Translations under genes and position numbers: made by a program
Assembly: GCA_016715985.1 (NCBI GenBank)
Contig: JADJXD010000005.1
Span: forward strand, 13,299 to 77,298
DNA length: 64,000 bases
Origin: Saprospiraceae bacterium
Lineage (GTDB): Bacteria; Bacteroidota; Bacteroidia; Chitinophagales; Saprospiraceae
Reading direction: 5' to 3'
The notes under the pieces: generated by a model
Seen by the model: the letters and a program-made list of their open reading frames with translations, nothing else
Database searches by the model: none
What the model was told of the DNA's origin: nothing
In this document: positions 1 through 9,800 of the stretch, piece by piece
How positions within the stretch are numbered: position 1 is the first letter of the stretch
Layout of the letters: the number at the start of each line of letters is the position of its first letter

Positions 1-601
1 ACCCGGTAATAAAATCACCGCCCAGCCATAAAACAAGGTTATCAATTTGGGAGTGATTTCGGTCTATGTTTACAAGTCTTTGACTGTTTTGAATGCACCT
101 TGACCACCTCTTTTGAGCAATTTCTAAATTGTATTCATTCAAATCATTTATTGTCTGAGGATCGACCGTTTCCTCAAAGTGCCAATCGCTTAATAAAATT
201 ACCGGGGTAGCATGGTTTTTATTATCGTTTTCATTTGGTCTTTCAATGCTTGGAATCTCGTCTCCTTCTTTTATTGCCAACAGGAAATCGCATCGCTGTT
301 CCAAAACTTCGTATTCTTTTAAAAGGTGCTTATACTTGGCCTCTGCCTGTCGTGCAATGGCCTTTTCTCGGTTTAGCATCCGATCATTAAAGATCAATTC
401 TGCTGCTGACGCTTCGCGCTTAGGTTGCTCCTGTACATTTGGTGCGCTACCCCTTACGTGGGCATATAGCTTTTTTCTGATGTAATTTCTCGGAGCATTT
501 AATTCATTGGCTACTTTTAAAATAAAGTCGCTTCGGCCTTCTCGTGGTGTGTTTCTAAATGCTTCTATGTAATTAGTGAGGTTATATTTTTGCTCTGCCA
601 T
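1..601 (-). CDS. calcineurin-like metallophosphoesterase, N-terminal ~200 codons only (copy 1; 3' part lies left of the window)
   Basis: Start ATG at 599-601. Colinear with 54461-55061 of the intact 403-aa ORF at a constant offset of 54460, with only scattered substitutions. The LLSDWHF (DxH) and GGDF motifs fall inside the window. Confidence 0.6.
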   Translation of the reverse strand, partial: MAEQKYNLTNYIEAFRNTPREGRSDFILKVANELNAPRNYIRKKLYAHVRGSAPNVQEQPKREASAAELIFNDRMLNREKAIARQAEAKYKHLLKEYEVLEQRCDFLLAIKEGDEIPSIERPNENDNKNHATPVILLSDWHFEETVDPQTINDLNEYNLEIAQKRWSRCIQNSQRLVNIDRNHSQIDNLVLWLGGDFITG

Positions 602-604
602 TAC

Positions 605-1045
605 TTAAATTTTTAACCAAACGAACGCAAACAAATCGGGATGAATGACCGGGTTACGGCCCCTGTTCTCGAATCTGCACATTTCGTTTATTATTAAATA
701 GATTTCCTCTCGCTTCCATCTGATAACCTGTCGTGATCTCATGCCCGTGCCAATTGAAACGGCCTCATAATATGGCTGTAACTCCGTGCCGGGTCGTGCA
801 TATTTATTTATTAACTTCTCTATTGTATTGGCCTTGTCTAAGTGGATGTAATTGCATACCGTTGCCAGCATTGCATGAATGCCATTGTGATAAAAGTCGA
901 ATGACTCATAAGTCTTTTGGCCCGACTTGGTGGTCTTTCCTGTCCATGCCATTTTTGAAATATAGATACCTCCCGGATTATTGAGTTTCATTAGCCGGGT
1001 GGCATTGGGGTAATTTTCAAATGTTATCAATTCGGGCGTGGTCAT
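605..1045 (-). CDS. phage late protein of unknown function (copy 1)
   Basis: 146-aa ORF that overlaps the upstream endolysin gene by 4 nt. Contains an LNNPGGI motif. Near-identical copy at 55065-55505. Confidence 0.5.
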   Translation of the reverse strand: MTTPELITFENYPNATRLMKLNNPGGIYISKMAWTGKTTKSGQKTYESFDFYHNGIHAMLATVCNYIHLDKANTIEKLINKYARPGTELQPYYEAVSIGTGMRSRQVIRWKREEIYLIINEMCRFENRGRNPVIHPDLFAFVWLKI

Positions 1046-1479
1046 AAACTACGATAACCGAGTAGCCTTGATTTTTTGAAATCTGCAATTGAAACACTAT
1101 CCATTGAATTGCCGGATAGCAATTTTACCGTGTCGAGATTTTCGTTTATGTAAAGTCCTATGTGTCCTTTTCCGGGGCCTCTTTCCAAAATGCACAAATC
1201 CCCAAGTTTGGGATGATCTGTTTTTGTTCCAACCTCTAAGAATTTACGAGCGGAAACAATGTGTAATTTATTGCTGGGCCAAATGCCGGACTCGATTAAA
1301 ATATTTGAAACGAAACATCCACACCATGCGAACTGTGAATCGTCTTCCGGGCGCGATATTCTGATGGAATCGCATGAGGCAAACATCCACGCCTTTACTG
1401 TTTCATCCCAGCCAATTGGATTTTCTTTTGTGCCGAGATATTTTATCCCGGTGAGAAATAGCTTTTCAGAATTATTCAT
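1042..1479 (-). CDS. NlpC/P60-like (TIGR02594-like) cell-wall peptidase, endolysin candidate (copy 1)
   Basis: 145 aa with a Cys motif (FAWCGCFVSN) and a His motif (GKGHIGLY), as in papain-fold peptidoglycan peptidases. Sits next to holin-like membrane ORFs. Confidence 0.6.
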   Translation of the reverse strand: MNNSEKLFLTGIKYLGTKENPIGWDETVKAWMFASCDSIRISRPEDDSQFAWCGCFVSNILIESGIWPSNKLHIVSARKFLEVGTKTDHPKLGDLCILERGPGKGHIGLYINENLDTVKLLSGNSMDSVSIADFKKSRLLGYRSL

Positions 1480-1499
1480 ATAGGTCTGTTTTTTGAAGT

Positions 1500-1530
1500 A
1501 AAAAAACAGGGCAAGGCATTACCCCTGCCC
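1500..1530 (-). terminator. rho-independent terminator (copy 1)
   Basis: Minus strand: GGGCAGGG-GUAAUG-CCUUGCCC (8-bp stem with one G.U pair), followed by UG and U7. Confidence 0.6.
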
Positions 1531-1586
1531 CGTGTCATAATTTACTTATTGGGATTTCCTGATAAGTGCGACCTCGCAATCCACTT

Positions 1587-1967
1587 TTAAAGACTGTGTG
1601 GGGAAGTTATCGAAGTAAATCTCAATGCCCCACAGGGCACGTTTCCGGTGATCGCTGCCGGGGTTGTTTGAACTCCGTCAATTGTTACAGTTGACAAAGT
1701 TTTCCAAACATTTCCACCATAGAGCCTGTGTTCAACTTTGAACGTTCCGGTTGTTGTGCCAGAGAGTGAATCCGCAACCACATTGATATGATAGTTGTAA
1801 GGATAAGTCAAATCCAAACAATTATTTACTACTGTGTCCGCATTTGTCAGGGTGTCGAGATATGTTCGTACAGCTGTACTTGCGTTTCCGTCAACCCTTG
1901 TGTTTTGCGCTTCGACCGAAAAGGCGAAGGCCACAAAAGAAATCAAGATTAAAAAATACTTTTTCAT
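1587..1967 (-). CDS. secreted small protein, unknown function (copy 1; 3' end frameshifted relative to copy 2)
   Basis: Signal peptide MKKYFLILISFVAFAFSVEAQ. The C-terminus diverges from copy 2 at GGGG (1600-1603) versus GCCGG. Confidence 0.5.
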   Translation of the reverse strand: MKKYFLILISFVAFAFSVEAQNTRVDGNASTAVRTYLDTLTNADTVVNNCLDLTYPYNYHINVVADSLSGTTTGTFKVEHRLYGGNVWKTLSTVTIDGVQTTPAAITGNVPCGALRFTSITSPHSL

Positions 1968-2063
1968 AGTTCTTAAATATTTAAGGTGAATAAAAAACAG
2001 TTTTAAAAACAGGGCAAATTTGACCTAAGCCGCCTTTGCCCCATTGCTGATATGAAACACAAC

Positions 2064-2342
2064 CTATTTTTTGGCTGTTAAAGGCTTGATACTGGATTCT
2101 CCTTTGGTAATCGTTCTCAATACCACGTTAATAATTGCGAGTAATAATCCTGCAATCGTTGGAATCCAAGTTGAATCACATACCCAAGCCTTGTTGAAAA
2201 GCTGAAATACGAATGTCAGAACTTCGCAAACCCACTGTGAAATACCTGTCCAGTCTTTCGCCTCCATAAAAGTGATAATAACGGCCAGCGTATTTATAAG
2301 AATGGTTCTTGATCCTTCGAGTGCAGCCCAAATCTTACTCAC
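2064..2342 (-). CDS. holin-like multi-TM membrane protein, 5'-truncated in this copy
   Basis: Copy 2 (56524-56916) is 130 aa with at least 3 hydrophobic segments. Here an A5 run (2366-2370) replaces A6 and breaks the frame; the intact frame would start near 2455. Confidence 0.45.
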   Translation of the reverse strand: MSKIWAALEGSRTILINTLAVIITFMEAKDWTGISQWVCEVLTFVFQLFNKAWVCDSTWIPTIAGLLLAIINVVLRTITKGESSIKPLTAKK

Positions 2343-2466
2343 TCCCGGAATAAGTTTAATAGCCCAAAAAGAGGTTGTGGGATTTTTATAATCAAATCCG
2401 CAATTGTTGTAAACAGTTTTAGGATGAACTGCAAAACCGTAATTACTGTGTTCATATAGTTGTTAT

Positions 2467-2691
2467 TTAAAATGGTTTAATGTTGTGAGTGCATGAATCT
2501 TGCATTATTTTTTTCGTCAGGGTGTCTATTCTTTTATTCAGAATTTCCATTTCTTCGAGTAGTTCGTTTTCCGTTACCGATATTTCGAGCCTTTCAAAAT
2601 CTGCCTTTGTGGTTTTTAGTTTTACAGGCTCAAACAAGGCGGCTGCACATAAAGCAGCAAGCCAAAACAAAACGATCTTTGCCTCTGCCAT
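2467..2691 (-). CDS. membrane-anchored coiled-coil protein, lysis-cassette candidate (copy 1)
   Basis: N-terminal TM segment IVLFWLAALCAAALF followed by a charged helix. Its start overlaps the stop of the upstream ORF. Confidence 0.4.
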   Translation of the reverse strand: MAEAKIVLFWLAALCAAALFEPVKLKTTKADFERLEISVTENELLEEMEILNKRIDTLTKKIMQDSCTHNIKPF

Positions 2692-2963
2692 TACTCAATA
2701 ATATTTTCAAGGTTTTCAATTTTAATATTTGCACTCTCAATTTGTGATATCATATATTCTGCAAATTGATCCAGCTTCATTTCACATCTTTTATGCGCTT
2801 CCTTACACTCTTTCAGTTGTTCCATTACAAAAGCATCATTGAGTTTATTTTCTGCCCTCCATTCATTCCAAAGGATGTAGATTATCAAAGTTGATCCCAT
2901 GAAGATTAACCTTGATTTTTCATCCTTGAATGCCTTTAATATGAGGTCTAATATCTTTTGCAT
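2691..2963 (-). CDS. membrane-anchored coiled-coil protein, lysis-cassette candidate (copy 1)
   Basis: TM segment LIFMGSTLIIYILW followed by a Glu/Lys-rich helix. Lies directly downstream of the fibre gene. Confidence 0.4.
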   Translation of the reverse strand: MQKILDLILKAFKDEKSRLIFMGSTLIIYILWNEWRAENKLNDAFVMEQLKECKEAHKRCEMKLDQFAEYMISQIESANIKIENLENIIE

Positions 2964-3106
2964 TGGTTTTCTATTAGGTTGGTTTGCAAAATGATTTTAT
3001 AACTCCAATATTTTTATAAATGCTTTGGCAACTGCATTTGGTAAAGTTTGATTTGTATCAGAATTTGTGATCTCTTTTTTTGTGGCATGGTTTTTTGTTT
3101 TTTTGG

Positions 3107-3856
3107 TTAATTTAATATTGCTCCGTAGCATAGTTTTTGTACATAAATATCCCTTACGTTTGATCCGACTCCTTTAAAGATTCCTGTTCTTGGCCCGATT
3201 GGTAAATTATTAGCAAGTGGACTTGCCATTTTCCCAACATACACACCGTCGATATAAAATCTAATTTCGCTGTTGGCTTTGTTGAGTTCTGTTCTAAGTG
3301 TATAGTTGACATCCACTGCCACAGAAATTCCTAAGTCCAACAACGTTTCAGAACCTACTGAATTTTTTGTGTATCCAACCCAATTACCCCCATAAACTCC
3401 GTGAGAATATCTAATACCATAAGACGAGTTAGGAAGTACAGAAGTTGAAAAAGGAGAATTTGCAACAACCCCTGATACAATTGTGAAAGAGTCTGTACCA
3501 GTTGACAATGTATTCATGGTCAGCATTGATTCCGTATAAAAATGACATTGGTTTGTAAGACCTGGAGATTGAGCCGTTTTTTGCAAATACACAACTGTTG
3601 CCCCTGATGCTGATGTTTGTGTGCCAAGATACCAAGCCGAGAGTGGCGTATTTCCATTTGACGCCTCCTGCGAAGATGACATTCCTGTTGCTGTTGCGAA
3701 AGCGATATTTCCCAAATCTCCTGCCGTTGTCGAGCCGGGAGCGTGGCAATCATCAACCGTTTTAAATCCTGTCGGTCTTTTGTAGCCAATGGGAACCCAA
3801 CGATCCAAAGTACCATCGTAATAAAATCGAATAGAACTTTTCTTCATTAAAATCAA
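3107..3856 (-). CDS. tail-fibre C-terminal beta-rich (lectin/LamG-like?) domain, a separate ORF in this copy
   Basis: In copy 2 the same 249 codons are fused in frame to the fibre. Here a 1-nt difference at 3906 (CCG versus CCGG) separates them. Confidence 0.55.
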   Translation of the reverse strand: MILMKKSSIRFYYDGTLDRWVPIGYKRPTGFKTVDDCHAPGSTTAGDLGNIAFATATGMSSSQEASNGNTPLSAWYLGTQTSASGATVVYLQKTAQSPGLTNQCHFYTESMLTMNTLSTGTDSFTIVSGVVANSPFSTSVLPNSSYGIRYSHGVYGGNWVGYTKNSVGSETLLDLGISVAVDVNYTLRTELNKANSEIRFYIDGVYVGKMASPLANNLPIGPRTGIFKGVGSNVRDIYVQKLCYGAILN

Positions 3857-6800
3857 ATCTTCCGAAAAATGAATGCGATTGGCTGCTGTTCCATCTGTGT
3901 GTTCCGTGCGAAATACAAATTATAATCCCCAACATTTACAATGGTCTTTTCTTCCCCATCTGTTTGTGCCTCCATTGAAGTGATCCCCCAGAATCCATCT
4001 GAAGAAACCCGTACAATATTTGCGTCTCCAAACCCTGTTGGGTTGTAGTTATCTTGTTCGCTTGTTATTTGCGATGGAGTTATTACTGATGGTGTTATTG
4101 TTTGCCAATCTGCATTTGCTCCGTCTGACATGAGGACTTGTCCTGCTGTTCCTTTTGATCCGTTTATGTCAATTCTTAGTGTTTGGGGTTTTAGATTTAT
4201 TACATCAGATAAAACATAAATCGAGTCAGATTCCACATCAATTTTGGAGTTGTCCGTTCCATCGTTTGCGTATAACTGAGCGTAGTTTTCATTAGCATAA
4301 ATCCAGCATTCATCCGTTGTCTTTGTGTTTTTTATTATCCATGACCCGTTCTCTGAATAAATCCTACTAAAAATATTATTCGTAGAGTCATTTGCATACA
4401 GATAAACTTCATCATCAAACCAAAAACCACGATCTGCATTTGTGATGGCTCCTGATGGATAATTCTTAATATATCCCATCATAAAATCAGCTCCGCGATT
4501 AAATGAGATGTAATCATTATCTCCCATTAAACCGTTTTGGACTTCGGTAAAACTGACAGCGTTGTTATCAATTGTCCAAACAGTTCCACTACTTGTAACT
4601 GTAATGTCTCCTTTGTCTCCATCCGAAACGCCTCCGGTAACATCAGAAAGATACGCAATAGTCTCGCGTGTGGCTCCTGTGGTTTTTGTAAAATAAAGTC
4701 TATCCGATAGAAATTCAATAGCTCCAACTTCCGCGCTGGACATAAGAGATCCGGAATTTAATTTTATGGGTGCTGAACTCGCGGCTGTTGACCCGGCCTG
4801 AATATGAAGTTTTGCAGATGGATTTGTGATAGGTGTTCCACCTCCTGAAATCGAAACCATACCATCACCATCAATTCGCATCTTCTCGTTTGCTGTTCCC
4901 GTTCCTTCATTTGCAAATATGATTGGAGCGTTTGACCCTTCGGCAATAAATCTGATACCATCTGTTACGAGTGCGGTTGCGCGTATTACAATAGATTGAT
5001 TGTCGAATAATCCTGATGTGGAGTAAGATGTTCCCAAGTGGTAAATCTCCAATCCGTCTGATCCTAATGTTCCGCCCGGTTCCACAATAGCAGATAGTGA
5101 ATAGTCGGCTGTTGCATTTCCTAAATTATAAACAGCATCCACACCGCCTGATGTTCGAGCAGTTGGCCCGGTTAAATTTCCGTTTGTATATCCGTGAATA
5201 TTACCCCCTGCGTTTAAAATTATTTCACTGCCTGACCCGGCTGAGAATGTTGCAGATGAGTTAAATGTTTTTGCACCGCCAAATGTTTGGGAGCCTGTCG
5301 TTACTACCCCCCTGGCTGATGCCGATGCATCCGGCAAGTTAAAAGTGTGCGTTGTCGAAGATGAGGAAATTGCAAAGTTTGTTCCGGCTGTTCCGACCAC
5401 CATTGTTTGAACGGCTCCCGTTAACCCGTTTATTTCAGTTATTCCGCTTCCTGTTGCGTGCAAACTATCATTTGAAATAGTAAGTCCATTACCAACGACG
5501 AGCTGTTGAGGATCGCCCGTACCGCCAGTGTATCTTCCGACCAGAACGCCTGTGCTGATGTTTTGCATTTTTGCAAACGTTACCGCATCATTGGCAATCG
5601 TTAAGGCTGTGCCCCCTGCTGATTTTGTTACATCTCCTGTAAATGCTGATGTTTGAATATTATTCGATGCGTCAAACTCTATGCCTCCCGTTACTCCGAT
5701 CTCGGTAGCATCTCCGCTACCTGCTGCATCCCGGCCCACGAGTTTATTTGTTGCAATATTTTGGAATTTGGCAAACGTTACAACATCGTTATCAATTGTC
5801 CATGTAAGACCACTTCCCGAAGTTGTCAGATCCCCAAAATCTCTGTCGTTAATTGCGAGTAGTGGCGTACCATCCACATATTGCAGTGAAGCATTTATCA
5901 TGGCTCCGACTGCGTCTTGAGCGTCTTCTGTGGTAAATCCACTCGCTGCATTTATTGTTAGGGCTGTTCCTGTTCTCGAAATTGTAATATTTGATCCCTC
6001 AACAAATGAAATGTCTGAGGCTGTGCCTGACAAATCAAGCGTAAAAGTCGTACCATCGTCTGACCCGGAGAACCCCTGCGAGTCTGTATTATCCAAATAA
6101 GCAGAAAGCGAAACTGAATCCCGGATCACACCGTCGTCATCCAGCGATATTCTTAAATAATTATTTGAAATATCAAGGGTGTCAATGCTTTGGTTATCGG
6201 TGTCAACTTCGGTAATATCTATTGTGTTACCTCCTGATATAGTAATTTCGTCTGTGCCTGAATTATAGCTTAAAGTTTGAGCGTCGGTATTATCTAAATA
6301 AGGAGATAGATCAACTGTTTTAAAAACTTGCGCATCGTCTTCGAGTGATAGTCTTAAAAGATTCGAAGCAATTTCAAAAGTATCAATCGTTTGATTGTCG
6401 GCTCCGGCTGGAATTGTTATGATTTTTCGGTTTTCCCCATCATTTAAAAGAGATAAGAAAATTGTATCATTTGATCTTGTGAATGTGTCAATAGTTTGGA
6501 TTTCATTAGTTGCGGAGCTATCATTTAAAACCACAAATCCACCGCCTAAATCAAGCCTTAAAGTTCCTTTTCCTGCGGTTGCCGTGAGTGCCTGAATTTC
6601 GTTTGAAGTTGACCCGTCAATTTCGTTGGCCTCAATAAATAATTTATTTAACGCCGGGTCATAATCTGTAACAACAATACCGACCCCTTCAAATTTTACT
6701 GTTTGATTTGAAATAACCTCTGTGTCCGCATCATCTGCGTCAATTGTCCACGCTTCGTTTGTTGTCGATCCGTCAACCTCAGTCGCGGTAATAACTAAAG

Positions 6801-9800
6801 TATTGGCCGGGGTTTCGGATAGCGTAATGATTCCGGCTCCTGAAATCGTTACATCGCTGCCCCCTGAAATTGCTATGTCGTAAGTGGGGCCAGCTCCTTC
6901 GATAGTTAAGTTTTGGCCGTCTGTATTGTCAAGGTAAGGTGCTAAGTTTACACTGTCATAAATAACTCCGTCCGAACTTAAAGATGCCTTTAACCAGTTT
7001 GAAGCAATTTCAAAAGTATCAATAGTCTGAATTTCGTTTGTTACAGACCCGTCCACTTCCGAACCGTTGGATGCGCTCGTTATTCTTCCGTCTGCATCGA
7101 CCGTTAAAGTTGCAAGTGTATAAGTCGCCGGTGTTACGGCGGTGCTTATTAATTCACTTGCTCCAACTGAATTGGCTGTGATGTGATCTGCTCCGATTGC
7201 ATTTGAAATAATTTTAACGGCTGTAACCGAGCTATCGGCAAGGTCAACAGTGGCAATAGCTCCATCATTTATTTTGATAGATGTAATTGAGTTTGTATCA
7301 ACTGTCCAAACCGTGCCTGATCCCGTTACGTCAACATCTCCATAATCTCCATCTGCAACACCTCCGGTTATGTCAGACAAATAAGCGATGGTCTCTCTTG
7401 TGGCTCCCGTTGTTTTGGTGAAATATAATCGGTCTGAGTTAAATTCCAATGCTCCGACTTCCGGGCTTGTGTTGAGCGATCCTGATGTAAATTTTATCGG
7501 GGCCGTTCCGGCTGCTGTGCCTTGCGCTGCAATATGAAGTTTGGCCGATGGATTGTCAACAGTTGACCCGTTTCCGGCAAGGCCAACATTTCCGGTTGCA
7601 GAAATATTCATTCTCTCTGTGCCACCGGTGCGAAAACTATGCCGAGGAAAGTTGTATTTTATTTTATTGGAGCCTGAAAGCGTAAGGCTTGTGTCGGATG
7701 TCGTACCTGAATAGGCAATGGATTGGCTTATGTAGTTTGGATTTATCATAGTATATCCAAAGCTTGTTGTGTTGTGTATTAAATAGCCAAATTGAACTCC
7801 ATCATTTGTATTGATGTTTAAACCCTTGTACCCCCCTGCATTATATTCAGATAATTGTACCCCTGTTTCGATTTTTAAAGTATCATTAAATGTTTTCTCT
7901 CCTGCAAATGTTTGGTCTGTTGTGGTCATTGCACCACGATTCGATGCGCTGGCATCGGGAAGATTAAAGGTGTGTACATTTCCACCAGATGAAATATTAA
8001 AATCTGATCCACTTGTTCCGGTTGCAAATGTTTGTGTTGCTCCTGTTTGTGAGTTTAAAGATGTTATTCCTGTATTTGCATTAAAAGTTAGCTCTGTTCC
8101 GCTCCTTGTTATTGTTATGGCTGTTCCCTCTTTAAATGAAATGTCGGAAGCTGTGCCGGAAAGGTCAAGGGTGAAGGTAGTTCCGTCATCGCTTCCTGAG
8201 AATCCCTGACTGTCTGTGTTGTCCAAGTAAGGAGATAAAGAAACGCTGTCAAGTATAACGCCATCACTTTGTAGTGATAGTCTTAAATAGTTGTTGTTAA
8301 TGTCAAATGTATCTACTTGCTGAAATTCATTTGTCGCTGATGAGTCATTTAAAACCACGCTGCCACCATCAACAAGTCTGATCGTTCCGCCGCCTCCGGT
8401 GATCGTTAAGTCTTGGGTGTCCGTGTTATCTAAATATGGAGCAAGTGAAACACTTTTAAAAGCTTCCCCGTCATCTTCGTTTGAGATTCTAAGAATATTT
8501 GCCGCAATCTCGAATGTGTCAATTTTTTGGTTATCGGCAGCTCCGGGAATGACCACATATTTTTCAGCGATGCCATCGTTCAAAAGTGAAATAAATAAAC
8601 TGTCATTTGAAACTCTGAACGTGTCCACGTTTTGAATTTCATTTGTGGTACTTCCGTCAACTTCGGACTGCAAATATCTTCCGTCAAGATCGACTGTGTT
8701 TCCAGCAGGGGTAATTGTCAATTCTCCATTACCTCCATTCCAACTAAGTGTTTGTAGTTCGTTGGTTGCGGAGCTATCATTTAATACAACCGATCCACCA
8801 TCAACCAATCTTATTGTGCCTCCACCGCCCGTAATTGTTAAGTCCTGCGTATCCGTGTTATCTAAATAAGGGGCTAAATTGACTGACTTAAAAGCCTGTG
8901 CATCATCTTCCAAAGAAATTCTAAGGGTGTTTGAACTTATGTCGAAAGTGTCAATAGTCTGGTTATCGGCTCCTGCCGGAATTGTAACATATTTTTGAGC
9001 TTGTCCATCCTGTGAAAGAGACAGGTAAATAGTGTCATTTGACCGGGTGAATGTGTCGATCGTCTGAATTTCGTTCGTTGAACTGCTATCGTTTAGCGTT
9101 ACTGAGCCACCGCCTAAACTTAGATTAATAGTACCTCCACCGCCTCCGGTTATTGATAAAGACTGAATTTCGTTTGATGTACTTCCATCCACTTCAGTTT
9201 GAAGGTAGCGACCGTCAAGATCGACCGTGTTTCCTCCTGAAATAGTTAATTCTCCGTTGCCTCCGTTCCACGTTAAAGTCTGTGCGTCAGTGTTATCAAG
9301 ATATGGAGATAGGTCAACTGTTTTATATAACTCACCATCATTAAATAATGAAAGCCGGAGCGTGTTGCTGCTTATAGTAAATGTGTCAATTGTTTGCAGT
9401 TCGTTGGTTGCCGATGAGTCGTTTAATGTTACACTACCTCCATTGACTAAATTAATAGTTCCCTTGCCGCCCGTGATGCTTAAATCCTGCGTATCTGTAT
9501 CATCCAAAAATCCTGAAAGGTCAACCGTGTGCAATGCTTCCCCGTCATCTTCTAAGGATATTCTTAAAGTTGTTCCGCTTAAATCAAATGTATCTACCTT
9601 TTGATTTCCGCTTGATAGAATTTGTATTTTTTTTGCCGCTTGTCCATCCCCGGAAAGAGATAGCGTTAATGTGTCGTTTGAAAATGTGGCCGTGTCAATT
9701 GTCTGACTATCCGTATTGTCTAAATACCCGGCAAGGCTCACAACTTTTGCAGCCTCCCCGTCATCTTCAACACTTATTTTGAGATCATTTCCGGTTAATG

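Larger units (their letters stand above)
1..4570. repeat. left copy of the long diverged direct repeat (late module)
   Basis: Aligns with 54461-59032 at offsets of 54460-54462, with scattered substitutions and 1-nt indels. Looser mosaic similarity continues to about 10383. Confidence 0.9.

Noticed and set aside
3429-3816. Nested minus-strand ORFs 3429-3749 and 3520-3816 (and 57981-58277) inside the fibre C-terminal domain.
   Set aside because: They are alternative frames of a conserved coding region. Their translations are Arg/Gln-rich and low in complexity, so overlapping genes are unlikely.
3107-3856. A diversity-generating retroelement acting on the lectin-like fibre C-terminal domain (the two copies differ by clustered substitutions).
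   Set aside because: The window has no reverse transcriptase ORF and no template-repeat copy of the domain. The differences match the overall 1-4% divergence of the two repeat copies.
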